A stretch of DNA of 64,000 bases from Octopus vulgaris (GCA_951406725.2 OX597814.1:63674001-63738000), one strand, 5' to 3'; positions 1-13,390 are shown, counted from the first letter of the stretch. The notes: generated by a model not told the origin, from the letters alone. A program made the numbers and translations.

Positions 1-969
1 ATCTTTCTCCAACTTTCAAGAATACTTTCTACTCAGTGTTATTATGTTTTTTTCCCTTTTCTCTATACATCTTTCAGTTCATTTTTTAAAATCTCTCAGT
101 GGGTGACTTGTAGTTACTTTTTCGCGCACACACACACACGCACATACACACACACATTCTCTCTCCCACTCACTTTCTCTCTCTCTCTCTCTTCCTCACA
201 CACACATGCACACACACGCACACACACACAAAGCGCACACAAACACTTTGTTGTCGCCGGTGTTGTTTAATTTTTCCTTTGTAAGTTGCTTTTTTTTAAG
301 GGGAGATTGATACTGAAGGAAGATGGTGGTTTCCTTTTTCATTGTTAGTTGCTGTTCTAGCTGTTAAGGGCCTTGAAATATTAGAAAAGCTGATAACATT
401 GGTTTATCCTTGTACTGTTCTACAATCCTATCCCTATATTTGTTATTAGTATTTTTGTAGTTTTCTTTTAGATTTGTTCGTATTTGCAAATGTTATTTTT
501 GTTGATGTAGCTGTAGTTCTTGCAGTAGTTTTGTTGGTTTTTTGTCAGTGACGGTGGTGTCCCTTTTCATTGACAATTTTTATTCTTCTTAAGTTTCTTA
601 GTGTTGGTGGAGTTGATGGACGCTGTTGTCTTTGTGCTGGTGTCACTCTTTTCAAAAAGAAAAAAATAAATAAAATAAACGGTGAAGCTATGGGTGGTAA
701 AATTTTGTTTAAATTTAGTTCGTGCGGGTGGTGACATGGTGGTGATTGTATCACTTCTAGTGCTGTAGGTCCGTGGGTTGGCTGGCAGATTGGGTATTTG
801 ATGGGTTGCAGGGTTGGTCAGACTTTGTGTGGAATATATATTTTTTTCTTTTTCATATAGTTTAGTTATAGTTTGCATGTGGTTTCCTTTTCCTTCGGTT
901 CCTCATCTGTCAGTATATATTTAAAATTTGAAACTAGAAATTCATTCTCAACCTATCTATTTGCTTTAA

Positions 970-1005
970 ATAATGATGTTGATGATGTTGATGATGATGA
1001 TGATG

Positions 1006-1082
<77 letters not shown>
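970..1082. repeat. (GAT)n-(AAT)n compound microsatellite
   Basis: Direct inspection of the sequence. Confidence 0.95.
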
Positions 1083-1084
1083 TG

Positions 1085-1985
1085 CTAAAGGCAGATGAGG
1101 GAAGACATTATCTAAGCTGCTCAAGATCAGAGCTTATTGACCCGGAACTACCAAACCAATGTGAATAAAAATAGAGTAGACCCAAAGTGCCGATACTGCA
1201 ACGATAACATTGAAACAGTGGATCAGCAAATCTCTGGGTGTAAGGTTTTAGCACCAACAGAGTATAAATCAAGGCATCAGAGAGATGGCTAATATCTTCA
1301 CTGGATAAGATATCGCCATTATAAAATCAAAACTGCTGAAAAATAGTACAAGTACCACCTTGAGGCTGTAACCGAGGGACAAAATGTAACGGTTCTTTGG
1401 GATTTCCAGTACATACTGGCCGGACCATCAGAGCTAGTAAACTAGATATTGTTGTGAAAGACCAAAACAATAAAATCTGTTTATTGGTTCACATGAGCAT
1501 ACCTTGTGATCATAATATCTCGGCAAAAGATTTGATAAGCTTAGATAATATAAAGATTTACTAACTGAAATCGAAAAAAATTCTGGCATCTCAAGACGGT
1601 TACAATATCAGTGATAGTAGGAGCATTTGGAATGATTAATAAAAAACGAACTAAAAATTTTTTGAGGATAATCTTTGGCTTAGAGTCCATGCAGGAAATG
1701 CAAAAGAATTTCTTAACTGGTACGCTTCACGTATTGAAAAGGGCATTGTCGCTGTTAATTTTGTTTCCTTTTTCCACTTTATGTATTTCTTTTCTATTTT
1801 CTTTCTTTTCTTTCTCCCTCTGTCTTTCTTCCCTATTCTTTCTATCATATGACTTTGTAAATGAATAGTCGGGTGTGTTTATTTTAATGGTCAACCAATG
1901 TATGCAGTGAGTTTCTTTTCCTTAGGTGTTGGGAAGACACTCGGCAAAAAATGGAAACATGATTCAAAGAAGAGAATGAGAATTA
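1085..1985 (+). mobile_element. 5'-truncated R4/Dong-type (RLE endonuclease) LINE, decayed 3' end
   Basis: Translates AAQDQSLLTRNYQ...DPKCRYCNDNIETVDQQISGC (CCHC finger), LWDF, DIVVKD (PD-D/ExK region) and VIVGAFG...QKNFLTGTLHVLKRAL, with stops and frameshifts. Bounded by (AAT)n on both sides. Confidence 0.85.
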
Positions 1986-2000
1986 TAATAATAATAATAA

Positions 2001-2340
2001 TGGTTTGAACTGCGATTTGTCTATGTAAAGAAATCAACATCTTCACCCAAAAGCCCTATACGCCCTCAGGTCCAGAAGCTTTCCAATTAGAAATTTTGGG
2101 GGCTTACATGCAGACTATTACAGCTGTTATTTCACAATCAATTTGTTTCACATTTGTTTTATTCTCCCTGAATTCCTCCAGCCATTCAACATGTATATTT
2201 GTTTACAGAAAGACCGACGGCTCGCTGGAAAACATTTAATTTTCTACGGAGAACAGTTAGGATCTGTTAACATACGAAGATATATATTTCAGAGAGACAG
2301 CTTATTACCACATCTATTTGTCATTTGCATGGTTCCCCAG
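2001..2340 (-). mobile_element. Inverted fragment of R4/Dong-type RT N-terminal region
   Basis: Minus strand reads EWLEEFRE...SNWKASGPEGV*GFWVKMLISLHRQIAVQ, a WKAPGPDG-like motif. Confidence 0.75.
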
Positions 2341-2389
2341 ACTTAAGTTCTTAGAAATGTGAAAATGTGAAAATGTGATATGTGCTATA

Positions 2390-3900
2390 CGGTATTAAGA
2401 TCAACAATCTGTTATTCATGCATGATTTAAAGCTATTTGCGAAAGATGTGGACAAAGTTGGCAGTTTAACATCTAGTATAAACCTGATTAATTATGAGAT
2501 TGGGATGGGATTTGCGATAAAAAAAAAACATGTAATGCATTAACCCTGAAACGTGGAAAACTAACAAAGAGTAGAGAGAATAAGCTTGTGTATGGCCAGA
2601 TTACCAAAGACGTGGGAGAAGAAGGATAAAAGAATTTGGGAATGATAGATTTGGATAAGATCAAAGAGAAAGAAATGAAGATATTCAAAAAGAATATCTC
2701 GGGCGGTTGAGATTTGTAACGTCGTCTAAAGTGAATGGAAGGAATTAGATGAAGGAAACGATGCATAGGCTGGAGATATTAAATGGAGGAAAGATGAACT
2801 AAACAGTATTGATAGAAAAACTAGGAAATTGATGGCAGTGCTTAAAAAACACCATCCAAGGAATGATGCTGCAAGACTTTATGCTGGAGGAAAGAAATGA
2901 GGTCGAGGACAAGTTGAAAAGATTGTGTCAAAAGTGAACAAAAAAACCTAGCTTGGTACCTTAAAAATGTCAAGTGTAACATCATGTTAAATGTAAGAGG
3001 CCTAAACACATTGGGATCTACTTATAAAGCAACACCGAATGAATGCAAGAGAGTGAAAAGGAATAGAATGACAATCTTATGCACGGCAGTATACTAGAGA
3101 TAACTATGCATTGATTGGAATAAGAATTGGTCGTGGTTTAGAAATGACGATCTGAAAGAATGCACAGAAGCTCTGGTGTGCAGCGCCCACGAACAGGCTC
3201 TCTGAACTAACTATGTTAAGCATCATGTCGACAAAACGAAAGAATCGCCATTATGTAGAATCAGTGGAAAAAAGATGAAACGGTCAGCCATCTTGTAAGC
3301 AAATGTGCTAAGTTGGCACAGCGAAAGAACAAAATATATGATAATGTTGTCTGATATATCCACTGGATATGTAAGAAATGTGAGTTTGCCGCGCAGCTAG
3401 ATAATTAGATCAGGATCCAGGAAATATATTAGAGAATGAGAAATTTAAGCTTTTATTGGATTTCACCATTCAATGTGATAAAATGATTGAAGAAAGAATG
3501 ACAGGCATTGTAGCTGTCAGGAAATGAAAAAAAGGCCCAAATTATTGATATCTCTACCTCAGGAGATAGTTGATACAGATATATAGAGCATGAAAAGTTG
3601 TAGAACAAAGAGCCACTGAAACAGGATGTTGGAAAGTCGTGGAGGATGAAGAAGATTTAGTGTTTCCAATGCTGATTGGAGCATTTGGATGCATATTGGA
3701 CAATTTCAAAAAACTGTGTAAATAAAATCAGAATTGATGCGGAGTGACAAGTCTTGCAGAAAACTGCACTCCTAGGTACAAAAAGGATTTGAAGGAAAAT
3801 CTTGTCCATATAAAGCACACAAGAGCAAGCCGTAAGGGACCTTTGTCAGTTTGCTGACTAATTTCTAAATGAAATGTCAAGAACATTTAATGTTTATGTG
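2390..3900 (+). mobile_element. Decayed R4/Dong-type LINE (RT C-terminus, CCHC finger, RLE)
   Basis: INNLLFMHDLKLFAK (LFMDD motif); TEALVCSAHEQAL*TNYVKHHVDKTKESPLCRI...ETVSHLVSKCAKLAQ; LLLDFTIQCD; LQKTALLGT near 3760-3780. Confidence 0.85.
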
Positions 3901-3914
3901 CTTCAGATATATAT

Positions 3915-5032
3915 ATAATCTTAAAATAAAGCAAAAACCGCAATCTTGTAAATACAGCTAACCAGGGTTCTTCCATTTATCAAGCTGAAAAAAAAGACCG
4001 TTTGTCAGTTGAGCAGAAAACGTTTCAGCAACAGACGCTTCTAAAGAAGATGACAAGAAGAATAACACAAGGGAGATATCCAACATTACAATAATTTGAT
4101 GTCAAGCAGACGTAAACCAGGTGTTAAATTGTTTACTCAGTGTCCAGTGGCCTACTTTTAAATTCCGACAAGATATGTTTCTTGAAATGCGGATATACAT
4201 TAAAAATTTCGTTCCTCGATTTATGTGATCGCCGGAGGTTATCAAGTTTTTCAAGTGTTACAGTTTCTCAAGAGAACTTACTGAACATTTTTAGACCTGT
4301 TAATATAGGGTCTGGATTGAAAGAGGATGTTCTCTTTGGTGTCTAAACTGGTCCCTTCGTCTTTAAGTTTCCAGATTAAAGTCGAAAAGGTTGTTGAATG
4401 TCTCTTTATCACAGTACCTAAAATTCGAAAGATGGTTGTTATACCTAAATTTAAATTTCCCTTCCACGGCTTGGATATAACGTTTAATATCTGTTCAATT
4501 ATATTCGTATTTCGCCGAACCTGTGCTTCATAAAGATCGGAAAATATATCGGACTCCTGTCTAAGAAGACGTTTAATATTTGTCTCTATATGTGCATCCG
4601 AGACAGACCTGAGTCGTCCGTTGCATATTGATATATGACTTAACATTATCTCTTAAATGATTTAACATTATCTCTTGAAAACTTGAGAACCTCCAAGGAA
4701 TACATAAATTCGGGAAAGAGTTTTTTCTATGTCTGTATTTTAGAAACACATCGTGTGGGAATTTAAAAGTAGACAATCAGACACTTAGTAAACCATTAAC
4801 ATTTGGTTTACGTCTGCTTGACATCGAATTATTGTAAATTTAGTTATCGCTCTTATGTTTTCTTTTTGTCTTCTTCTTTACAAGCCACTCTTGTTTAAAC
4901 GTTAATTACTCGTGAGACAACAGACAAACGGTCGTGTGTTCAACTTGATAAATGACGGGTTAGTATCGTTTCCACCAGGAAACCCTGAATGGCTGTATTT
5001 ACAAGATTTGTGCTTATTTATTTTAAGATTAT
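3915..5032 (-). mobile_element. Penelope-like element 3' fragment (GIY-YIG C-terminus) with inverted copy of its 3' end
   Basis: ORF 4278-4646(-) has STTFSTLIWKLKDEG...ILFQSRPYINRSKN, typical of the PLE GIY-YIG C-terminus. About 3915-4256 is mirrored by a diverged inverted copy at about 4674-5032. Confidence 0.7.
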
Positions 5033-5102
5033 CTTTACTCTTTTAGCTGATCGATTGCCTTTCTACTTTTGAAGCATTAAAACATTACATATATACATAT
5101 AT

Positions 5103-5225
5103 GCGTGACTGTGTAGTAAGAAGTTTGCTTCTCAACCACATGGTTCCGGGTTGAGTCTTACTGCGCAGCGCCAAAACTTACTGTGTTCGACCAAAACCTT
5201 GTAAGTGGACTTGATAGACAGAAGA
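5103..5225 (+). mobile_element. tRNA-derived SINE head fragment (same family as 10182-10670)
   Basis: gtgtagtaagaagtttgcttctcaaccacatggttccgggttgagtc matches the reverse complement of the 10610-10670 head. Confidence 0.65.
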
Positions 5226-5618
5226 TGAATACAACAAATTGGAATGAACAAGCTTTACTCCAAATCACTGCAATTGCTTCCATTCATTAATTAGTATCAA
5301 CCATTAATAGCTGACAGTTTCACATATTATCCACATTCTTGCATCAATCTGATCCAAAGTAGCTGTATACCTTCACATCTTCAGGTGAGTAGGTTCGAGA
5401 GAACATATCTGTATACTCAATAAAGGGAGAATTTCTGTCATACGGTAACCATATGGTAAGCAATATATCTGAAAGAACTTTGTAAAGCACGTTATCAAAT
5501 TAATATCATCCAAATGATGCTCTCTCTCTCTCTCTCCTTCTCTCTCCCTCTCTCTCTCTCTCTCTATAGCGTCATATGCATTTACATATAGTACTTTGGG
5601 GTGTTATTTATCTTATAA

Positions 5619-5878
5619 TTTCAATGGAGGCAATACCAGCGGAAAACTAGAGGAACATGACCTATTATCCAATAGAATATTCAATATATATGTGTGCTTT
5701 CATTGGACCCCAGTAACGCAATATAAAGTTCCAGATAATACAGTATCAAAACATACAAGTATATAAACATATAAATATTTAATATTCAAAAATTCTCAAA
5801 TATTAAAAAATATCTAAAAATACGTTGGATAATAGGTCATGTTCCTCTAGTTTTCCGCTGGTATTGCCTCCATTGAAA
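5619..5878. repeat. Perfect 54-bp inverted repeat (5619-5672 / 5825-5878)
   Basis: tttcaatggagg...ttatccaa is the exact reverse complement of ttggataa...cattgaaa. Confidence 0.95.
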
Positions 5879-5971
5879 GTAGAAATTGGAACTTAGCTCA
5901 ATTAGAGCACTTTAATTCTAGCCTGTTTCTGAGCATTGTTAAAGTTAACAATATCTACATAAACTTGTATA

Positions 5972-6010
<39 letters not shown>

Positions 6011-6277
6011 GGAAAACCAAATTTCCAAATCAATCGGGTGTAAGCCTACAGCGTTATATGCATTTACATATAGTACTTTGAGGTGTTATTTAACGTATAT
6101 TTATATATTTATCTATAAATATACAAAGTATCTGATAAAAGTCAATATTCAATCTGGGGGGATTAATCGATATGCAGGTACTCTATTTCAGATAATACAA
6201 AAATAACCTAATGAGTATATCTGACAGTAAACTCATGGTATCAGTTTGCACATCACGAAATAACACTTAAAAGATAT

Positions 6278-6494
6278 AAGGCGGCGAGCACGCCGGGCGA
6301 AATGCGTAGCCGTATTTCGTCTCCCGTTATATTCTGAGTTCTAATTCCGCCGAGGTCGACTTTGCCTTTCATCCTTTCGGGGTCGATAAATTAAGTACCA
6401 ATTACGCACTGAGGTCGATGTAATCGACTTAATCCATTTGTCTGTCCTTGTTTGTCCACTCTATGTTTAGCCCCTTGTGGGTAATAAAGAAACA
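6278..6494 (+). mobile_element. tRNA-derived SINE family A (MetaSINE-like central domain)
   Basis: B-box-like gagttctaattcc followed by gaggtcgactttgcctttcatcctttcggggtcgataaattaagtacc. Many copies in this window. Confidence 0.85.
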
Positions 6495-6613
6495 GATATA
6501 ACCCAAATTACCAGCTATATAATATACTTCATTAATTATATCATACTTTAGTTGATACTTATATTTATTTAATATGAAGGAACCACACGTGTTACAGTAT
6601 TGGAAGATTACAA

Positions 6614-6666
6614 TATATCTATATATATATACATATATACATGAGTACATATATATATATATATAA

Positions 6667-6705
<39 letters not shown>

Positions 6706-6711
6706 TATATA

Positions 6712-6755
<44 letters not shown>

Positions 6756-6878
6756 AATATACATACACATAAACCCACACACATATATGAATGTATGTAT
6801 GTATGTATGTATGTATGTATGTATGTATGTATGTATGTATGTATGTATGTATGTATGCATACATGTATGTATGTATAC
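6614..6878. repeat. (TA)n/(TATG)n microsatellite block
   Basis: Direct inspection. Confidence 0.9.
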
Positions 6879-7008
6879 CTTCAGAATCCAAACATTATTA
6901 TAATCTTCAGAAGTTTATTTAGATTAGTTTTAACATTTTTTGTGTTACTCAGTAAATTTCAAATATGAATTATTATATAGAAATATGTAAATTTTGTAAT
7001 TTAGGAAA

Positions 7009-7142
7009 CTGATTATTATCAAATCAATATTTTCAGTTGTTGATCTCCCCTAAGGGAGAATGGTTGGTCCGGTATCTCCTTGAATGGTTGGTCCGGTATC
7101 GTGTTAGGAGTTCATCTGATTATTATCAAATCAATATTTTCA
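7009..7142 (-). repeat. 80-bp insertion (inverted copy of 8668-8749) flanked by a 27-bp direct duplication
   Basis: ctgattattatcaaatcaatattttca occurs at 7009-7035 and 7116-7142; 7035-7116 is the reverse complement of 8668-8749. Confidence 0.95.
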
Positions 7143-8239
7143 AAAGACATAGGACGGCAACAGGCAATATATCTGCAAAAGATATTTCATATATTATATT
7201 ATTATTTATTATATTAAATGACGCTTTAAATACTTATGTGAAGTATTCTGGTTTGCCGCTTTGTTTCTATGCGTTCATGTATATTCTAAAACTTATGGTT
7301 TGTTCAAAATTCGTTTGTGAAATAACCTTTTTCTGAGCACCTATTCAAGTACTCATCTACAAATCTTATCAAATACTCAAAAGTAACTTTACTTTCCCAA
7401 TCAGTTCCTCTATTTATGGCATTCTCTTCATATACACAGACACTCTTGTCGAGATCTCGTCTGTATCATTTCGACGCGTTATGCACAGAAAACTTTAAAA
7501 TCGGCCGGACGTGTTCTTCGCTGCTCTGACCAGTCAGCAACTGAAGACACAGAAAGACTAGTACAACCCAGCAGGACAACTGAAAAGTAAATCTCAAAAC
7601 CTGAAATAGCTACAATTTCCTGTGAGTATTTTAAATTTTCCTAAAAGTAAGTTTAGAATCTCACATATCTACAGTTTTCTGTGGACGAACACAAACGATA
7701 CTCTTTACAAACGTTAATATCTACAAACTCTGTAAATACCAATCCTTCCTCCCTGGGAATTCGAAAATGCAAATATCCTTTTTATTGTAATAACATTATA
7801 GGTTTCTCTGTTTAGACATACAAACGATCATCCCTAGAAAACTTTAAAACTTTAATATCTACAATTTTGTGTGAAAATTATACCCTTCTTTTCTCTTTGA
7901 TTACTCAAATATGTAAACAACTTTTATTGCAACAACCCAATTAAACGCACGAAATAATCAAAATCTGACGATGACTTCACAACACGTCTACAATAAACAA
8001 AAGTGGTCAAAGAATGAAATCAGCACTCTCATAAACGCAAGGTACTCTCTTTCCCAAACTGAGAAAACAGATGTCTGAAATATACTGCTAACAGTACAAT
8101 TCAACTGTTCAATAAGCGATCGGAGAAGCAGATACAGAAGAAACTGAACATATTGAAATTTCTTTTAAATTGATCCACAGACATTTTAGTAAACTTCACC
8201 ATGTGTTTACTCCAATTACAGCTGAACAACAACAACCTT

Positions 8240-8900
8240 AATTCTGAGTAGATAAGATTAATGCTCACTGGCATCGGTCTCCAAATTCACCCTGTCACAT
8301 AGAAGAAATTGAAGGCTTACAATGAACATTCACCAGTAAAATAACTTCGTTTAATGCCCTTAATTCCTGGGAAGACCTGAAAGTTATCAGTCTCTATTCT
8401 CTTGAACGCCGAAGAGAGAGATATCCTATTATATATGTATGGAAGATCCTGGAGGGGCATGTTCAAACATCAACACTAAAGTAAATTTTTATGCTCGAAC
8501 TGATTGGTACTGTTAGCTACCAGATATACCATCTTCAAACTCACGAGCAAAAACCACTCTACTGCATCAGTCTAATAATATTCAGAGGTCCTCAAGTATT
8601 CAACTGCTTATCCAAAAAGATAAGCAATATAAAAGGGACCTCTACTGAAACTTTCAAAAAGACATTGGATGAACTCCTAACACGATACCGGACCAACCAT
8701 TCAAGGAGATACCGGACCAACCATTCTCCCTTAGGGGAGATCAACAACTAGAAACTCGATCATCGACCAACTTTCACTTATAAAGCGACAACAAAACTAA
8801 GAAAAAGGAAATAAAGAAAAAAAGAAAAAAACTAAGACGGTGCTCCATCATGGCCGCAGTCCATCGACTGACATCACTAAAAGAATAAAAGAATAAAAAT
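8240..8900 (+). mobile_element. CR1/L2-group LINE 3' remnant (related to the 39470 element)
   Basis: SLYSLERRRERYPIIYVWKILEG; FRGPQVFNCL...TFKKTLDELL; 3' tail gacggtgctccatcatggccgcagtcc...aaaagaataaaagaa. Confidence 0.8.
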
Positions 8901-9004
8901 GAATAAGAATATTTTATTCTAACACCGTATATTTCAATCCTTTCTCACGCCAGATTAATAATGATATAGAAAGTCACGTTATGTCACATTCTTATTCCGA
9001 TATA

Positions 9005-9038
<34 letters not shown>

Positions 9039-10181
9039 TGCATTGGAAAAAGCCATGTGGGTATGTATTCGTAACCAATTAGTTTATATAACCAGATTTA
9101 CTTGCTCATTGCTCGTCTTTGCTTTTAATGTGATACTGAAATATTGAGAAAGAGAAAAATAGTTTCCTACGATCCATCTAAAGGCCTCAAATAAACTCGC
9201 TTGCCAAAATACTCCAACACCTGATCAAGATATGGACACTCACTTTCTGTAGTTGTGCTACATTGATGACATAAGCCTCTGCTCTTCGCAACTAGTTTCG
9301 ACCTATCTATCATAACTTTATAAACTTTAATATCTACACTTGACTTATCCGTTTTTTCTCATTTCGGACACCCATCCTAATCACTTTATCTTGGACTTTC
9401 TCTCCACCGCTTTACCCTTCCAGCAATTCTTTCCTGTAGGTACCAGCTTACAGATGTTCAAGACGAACATTAATCGCTTCTGTTTCACAAATCTCTTACG
9501 ACATGCATCTTCTCTCTTAACCCATTGAAGCATTTAATTAATTAAATTTAACTGTAGAATATGGCTCACTACGTGAGCTGTTCTGAAGAGGAGCATTAAC
9601 TGTGTTGCTCTCACCTGTCGCAGTAGACCAAGAAAACTATAGTCATAACGATAGAGTGTATATGTCCATACGTCTTCTCTTGTATGTACTGTCACCTGAA
9701 TTTGACTTTCATGCCGCTTACAATGATACAGCAATTATGAACCTTGTTCTAGGTCGACATAGTTAACTTTACTATCGTCATCAATGTATTGATCCATTAT
9801 ATTATATCACTGTAAGTGGCATGAAAGTCAAATTCAGGTGACAGTGCATACGAGAGAAGACGTAAGAACATATACACTCTCACCCAGTATTTCACGAAGT
9901 GAGAGTTGTGAGACTTGAAAGAAGCTGAACAAATTTGGATGTTCATAAAATTAAGATGGCTTTCTTTATAGCCATAACTTCGAGAAATCCGAGACATATA
10001 TAAAGAATAATAATATGGACGCAAATTCTATTTCATCTTCCCATTAATAAAGATGAAAGAGCCAAAATATTTCAATAAGTTTTTTGAAGGGTCTCGTGCT
10101 TGTCACCTTGTGAACTGTTGCAGTTAGGTTTATGCCAGTTCTTATATTCAAATCTAAATAAGTTTTTTTTTAATCTCATAC

Positions 10182-10670
10182 TTCTTTTACTCATTAGATT
10201 GTGGCCATCCTGCGCACTGCTTTGAAGAATTTTTAGTCGAACGAATCGACACTAATACTTTATTTTTTAAAAACCTGGTAGTATTCTATTAACCTCTCGT
10301 GCCGAATCGCTTAGTTACGAGGACCTAAGCAAATCAATACCGGTTGTCAAGCAGTGGTGGACAAACGGTGGACAAACATAGACATACACACACACACATC
10401 ACGCACACACTCACACGTACGCACGCGCGCACACACACACACGCGCGCAAACACACATATGCGCACGCACACATACACGCATGCACACACACACACATAC
10501 ACACACACATATATACAACGGGGTATTTACAGTTACTGTCAAGCAAACCCACTCATAAGCCTTTGGTCGGCCCGAGACTATAGTAGAAGACACCTGCACA
10601 ATGTGCCACGTAGAGGGATTGAACACGGAACCATGTTGGTGAGAAGCAAACTTATTACCACACAGCCACT
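10182..10670 (-). mobile_element. tRNA-derived SINE family B with internal (CA)n and a LINE-like tail
   Basis: Minus-strand head gtggctgtgtggtaataagtttgcttctc...ttccgtgttcaatcc (A/B-box-like). The tail resembles the CR1/L2 3' end at 8836-8880. Confidence 0.75.
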
Positions 10671-11929
10671 GCTAAAGTTGGGAATTCGAGTCATGTCTGT
10701 AAAATAGATTTGATTCTTTTTCATGCCGCAAATATCCATGAGAGAAAAAAACTAATCCTGTTCCCAAAAGATTAGCTACAGAAATATTAATATTTCTATT
10801 TGTTTGTACACAAGGGAAAGACAGATACTGCGTCTTTAAGAATAAATTGTTGTTATTGCGGTTGCATTTAATGTTTAATCCCAGCTTGGCTCCCAGTTAA
10901 GTAAAGTTATGATTAAGGACATTTCAGCTTTGACTTTATTGTAAATATTCTCTTCCAATTCACAGGACAATAGAGTTTTGAGAGAGATTTGTCTGCTATT
11001 TTTATTGAGACCGCGTAAGGGCTTTAAATTACGTTTGATCATAAATTTTCCTCAGTATATGAGTTGAAATCATACTGGGTCCGAAAAATTTCGATAGGAG
11101 TTGAAGTCAGTTCATACCACTTAAGCGGCTAATGATTGTCGCTAAGTTTTATGTTACATATTGCACTTAGGCAAACAACACAAACGCGCACACGCGCACA
11201 CAGTGCCTCCCTTAAATTTCTGATGATAAAATCTTGCGGAATCTGCGTAGAGAAATAGTTTCAGGTACCGCTATCATCAAGAATTGAACCCACTTCACTT
11301 GTCCTTTAATTATTAGATAGTCTATTGGACTGAATAGCGTCATTGGGTTCTAAAGATTGTTGATAATCTGTCTTCATCTGGGCGGCCATGTATTTTCAAA
11401 CAAACTATCACGCACAGTTGCTCCCCTCTTTTCTCTCTCCATAACACCTCTACACACATACACACACAGCCTACCGCTCCCCAACAGGGTGATGAACGAC
11501 TAAGGTGATAGGAAGACAACTTCTTGCTGTGGATGTATGTCTTTTGTATTTGTAAGTATGTATTTTTTGTTTTGATTTTTTCTTTCTTTTGTACAAATTC
11601 ACGGCAGGGAATTTGTACCTGATATTGTGAAAAGTTTTGCTCAAACAGTAGTTCCGTTTGACAGCTTTGATTTATAATATAGTTTATCAAGAGCCACTCA
11701 TCGTCGGTAAACAAAATTTACACACAACAGACAAATACACAAACACAAACACTCCCATATATGAGTGTGTGCATATGTGTGTGTGCGTGAGTGCGTGTGT
11801 AAAAGCATGCATGACTGTGTTGGCGCGCAGCGTGGGTGGGTGTGAGTATAAGTATATATGTATTGAGTGAACATATGAACGGACAAATATGGAATCCCAT
11901 ACATATACCCACACTCACCCCGCCACACG

Positions 11930-12504
11930 CATACATACATATATACATATATATACATATATACATATACATATATATACATATATATATATTTATATAC
12001 ATGTATACCACACACGCACACACACACACACACACATATATACATATGCACATATACAAACACACTAACACTTTAATACATGAATATAAGAAAAGGATCT
12101 CCGTCGCTTTCGACAATAAGTATTCAGTCGTACGGCCATTTGCAGTAAGCGTCTAAGTACTCCGCAGATGAGAGTAAATTAGAAACAATCATTGAGCAGA
12201 ACCAATATGACAGATTATGTGACAAGTATGATCCTCTGCAATATTCTTACAAGCTATTAGAATGGTTTCCAGTTTCATGCATAAGTCTTGCGGTTCTTAG
12301 AGGAGTTTGTGGAAGCTTATTACTGAAGATAGCAGGTAACGGAATCTAAAACGGACTTTCGTGATGGTGAATTGAACTTTTGACCATTCAGTCACGCTGG
12401 GTCCACGTTGTTCTAAGAGCACGTGCGCACATGTGAAGGTGCATACTTACAACAAACCCCCACGCACCCACCGACATCCACAAGCACATACACACATCTA
12501 AATG

Positions 12505-12596
<92 letters not shown>

Positions 12597-13228
12597 TCTA
12601 TGTATATATATATATATTTCTATATATACATATATGTGTGTGTATATGGATATATGCGTATGTTTAGATATGTAGATACATAACTCTATACACATATACA
12701 TATGTATACATACATAAGTCTATACGCATATACATATGTAACTACATGCATATATGTATAAGTACATGATCATATGCATATATACATACACACACATACA
12801 CTCAATTACATACACATAGGTAAGAATGCGTGCATGTATGTATGTATGTATGTATGTATGTATGTATGTATGTGTAGGTGTATGATTTTTTTCTGTGCGA
12901 CAAGGACATGTACCTGGAAAAGAGGGACAGAACAATACAAAAATAATAGACAGAAAGACACTCCCACCAAACCCAAAGGAAACCCAAGCTAAAACACACA
13001 GTACATAACGACAAAATAAATGAACTTGTATAGATTGTTTACAAGACATCTCAAGTAACGATATCTACTGAGACCATTTTTTCCAGTAGAAATTTAAGAA
13101 TCAGCGTTTCTTTCATTTATTCATTGTAGGCATCGATAAAGCTAGACAAGTACGTCCCATTGTCACACTATATGTGTCCCTATGTACATATATACATATA
13201 TACGTACATGTATGTAAGTATGAATGCT

Positions 13229-13272
<44 letters not shown>

Positions 13273-13281
13273 CATACATAT

Positions 13282-13351
<70 letters not shown>

Positions 13352-13390
13352 GTAGGTAGGTTGGTTGGTAGGAGGTAAGTAGGTAGGCAT
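11930..13390. repeat. Cluster of (TA)n, (CA)n, (TATG)n microsatellites
   Basis: Direct inspection. These repeats account for the many YI/VC-repeat ORFs here. Confidence 0.85.

Noticed and set aside
240-950. Minus-strand T/N/K-rich ORFs (545-878) as a gene or LINE ORF1
   Set aside because: Low-complexity with no recognisable domain; I cannot support a call.
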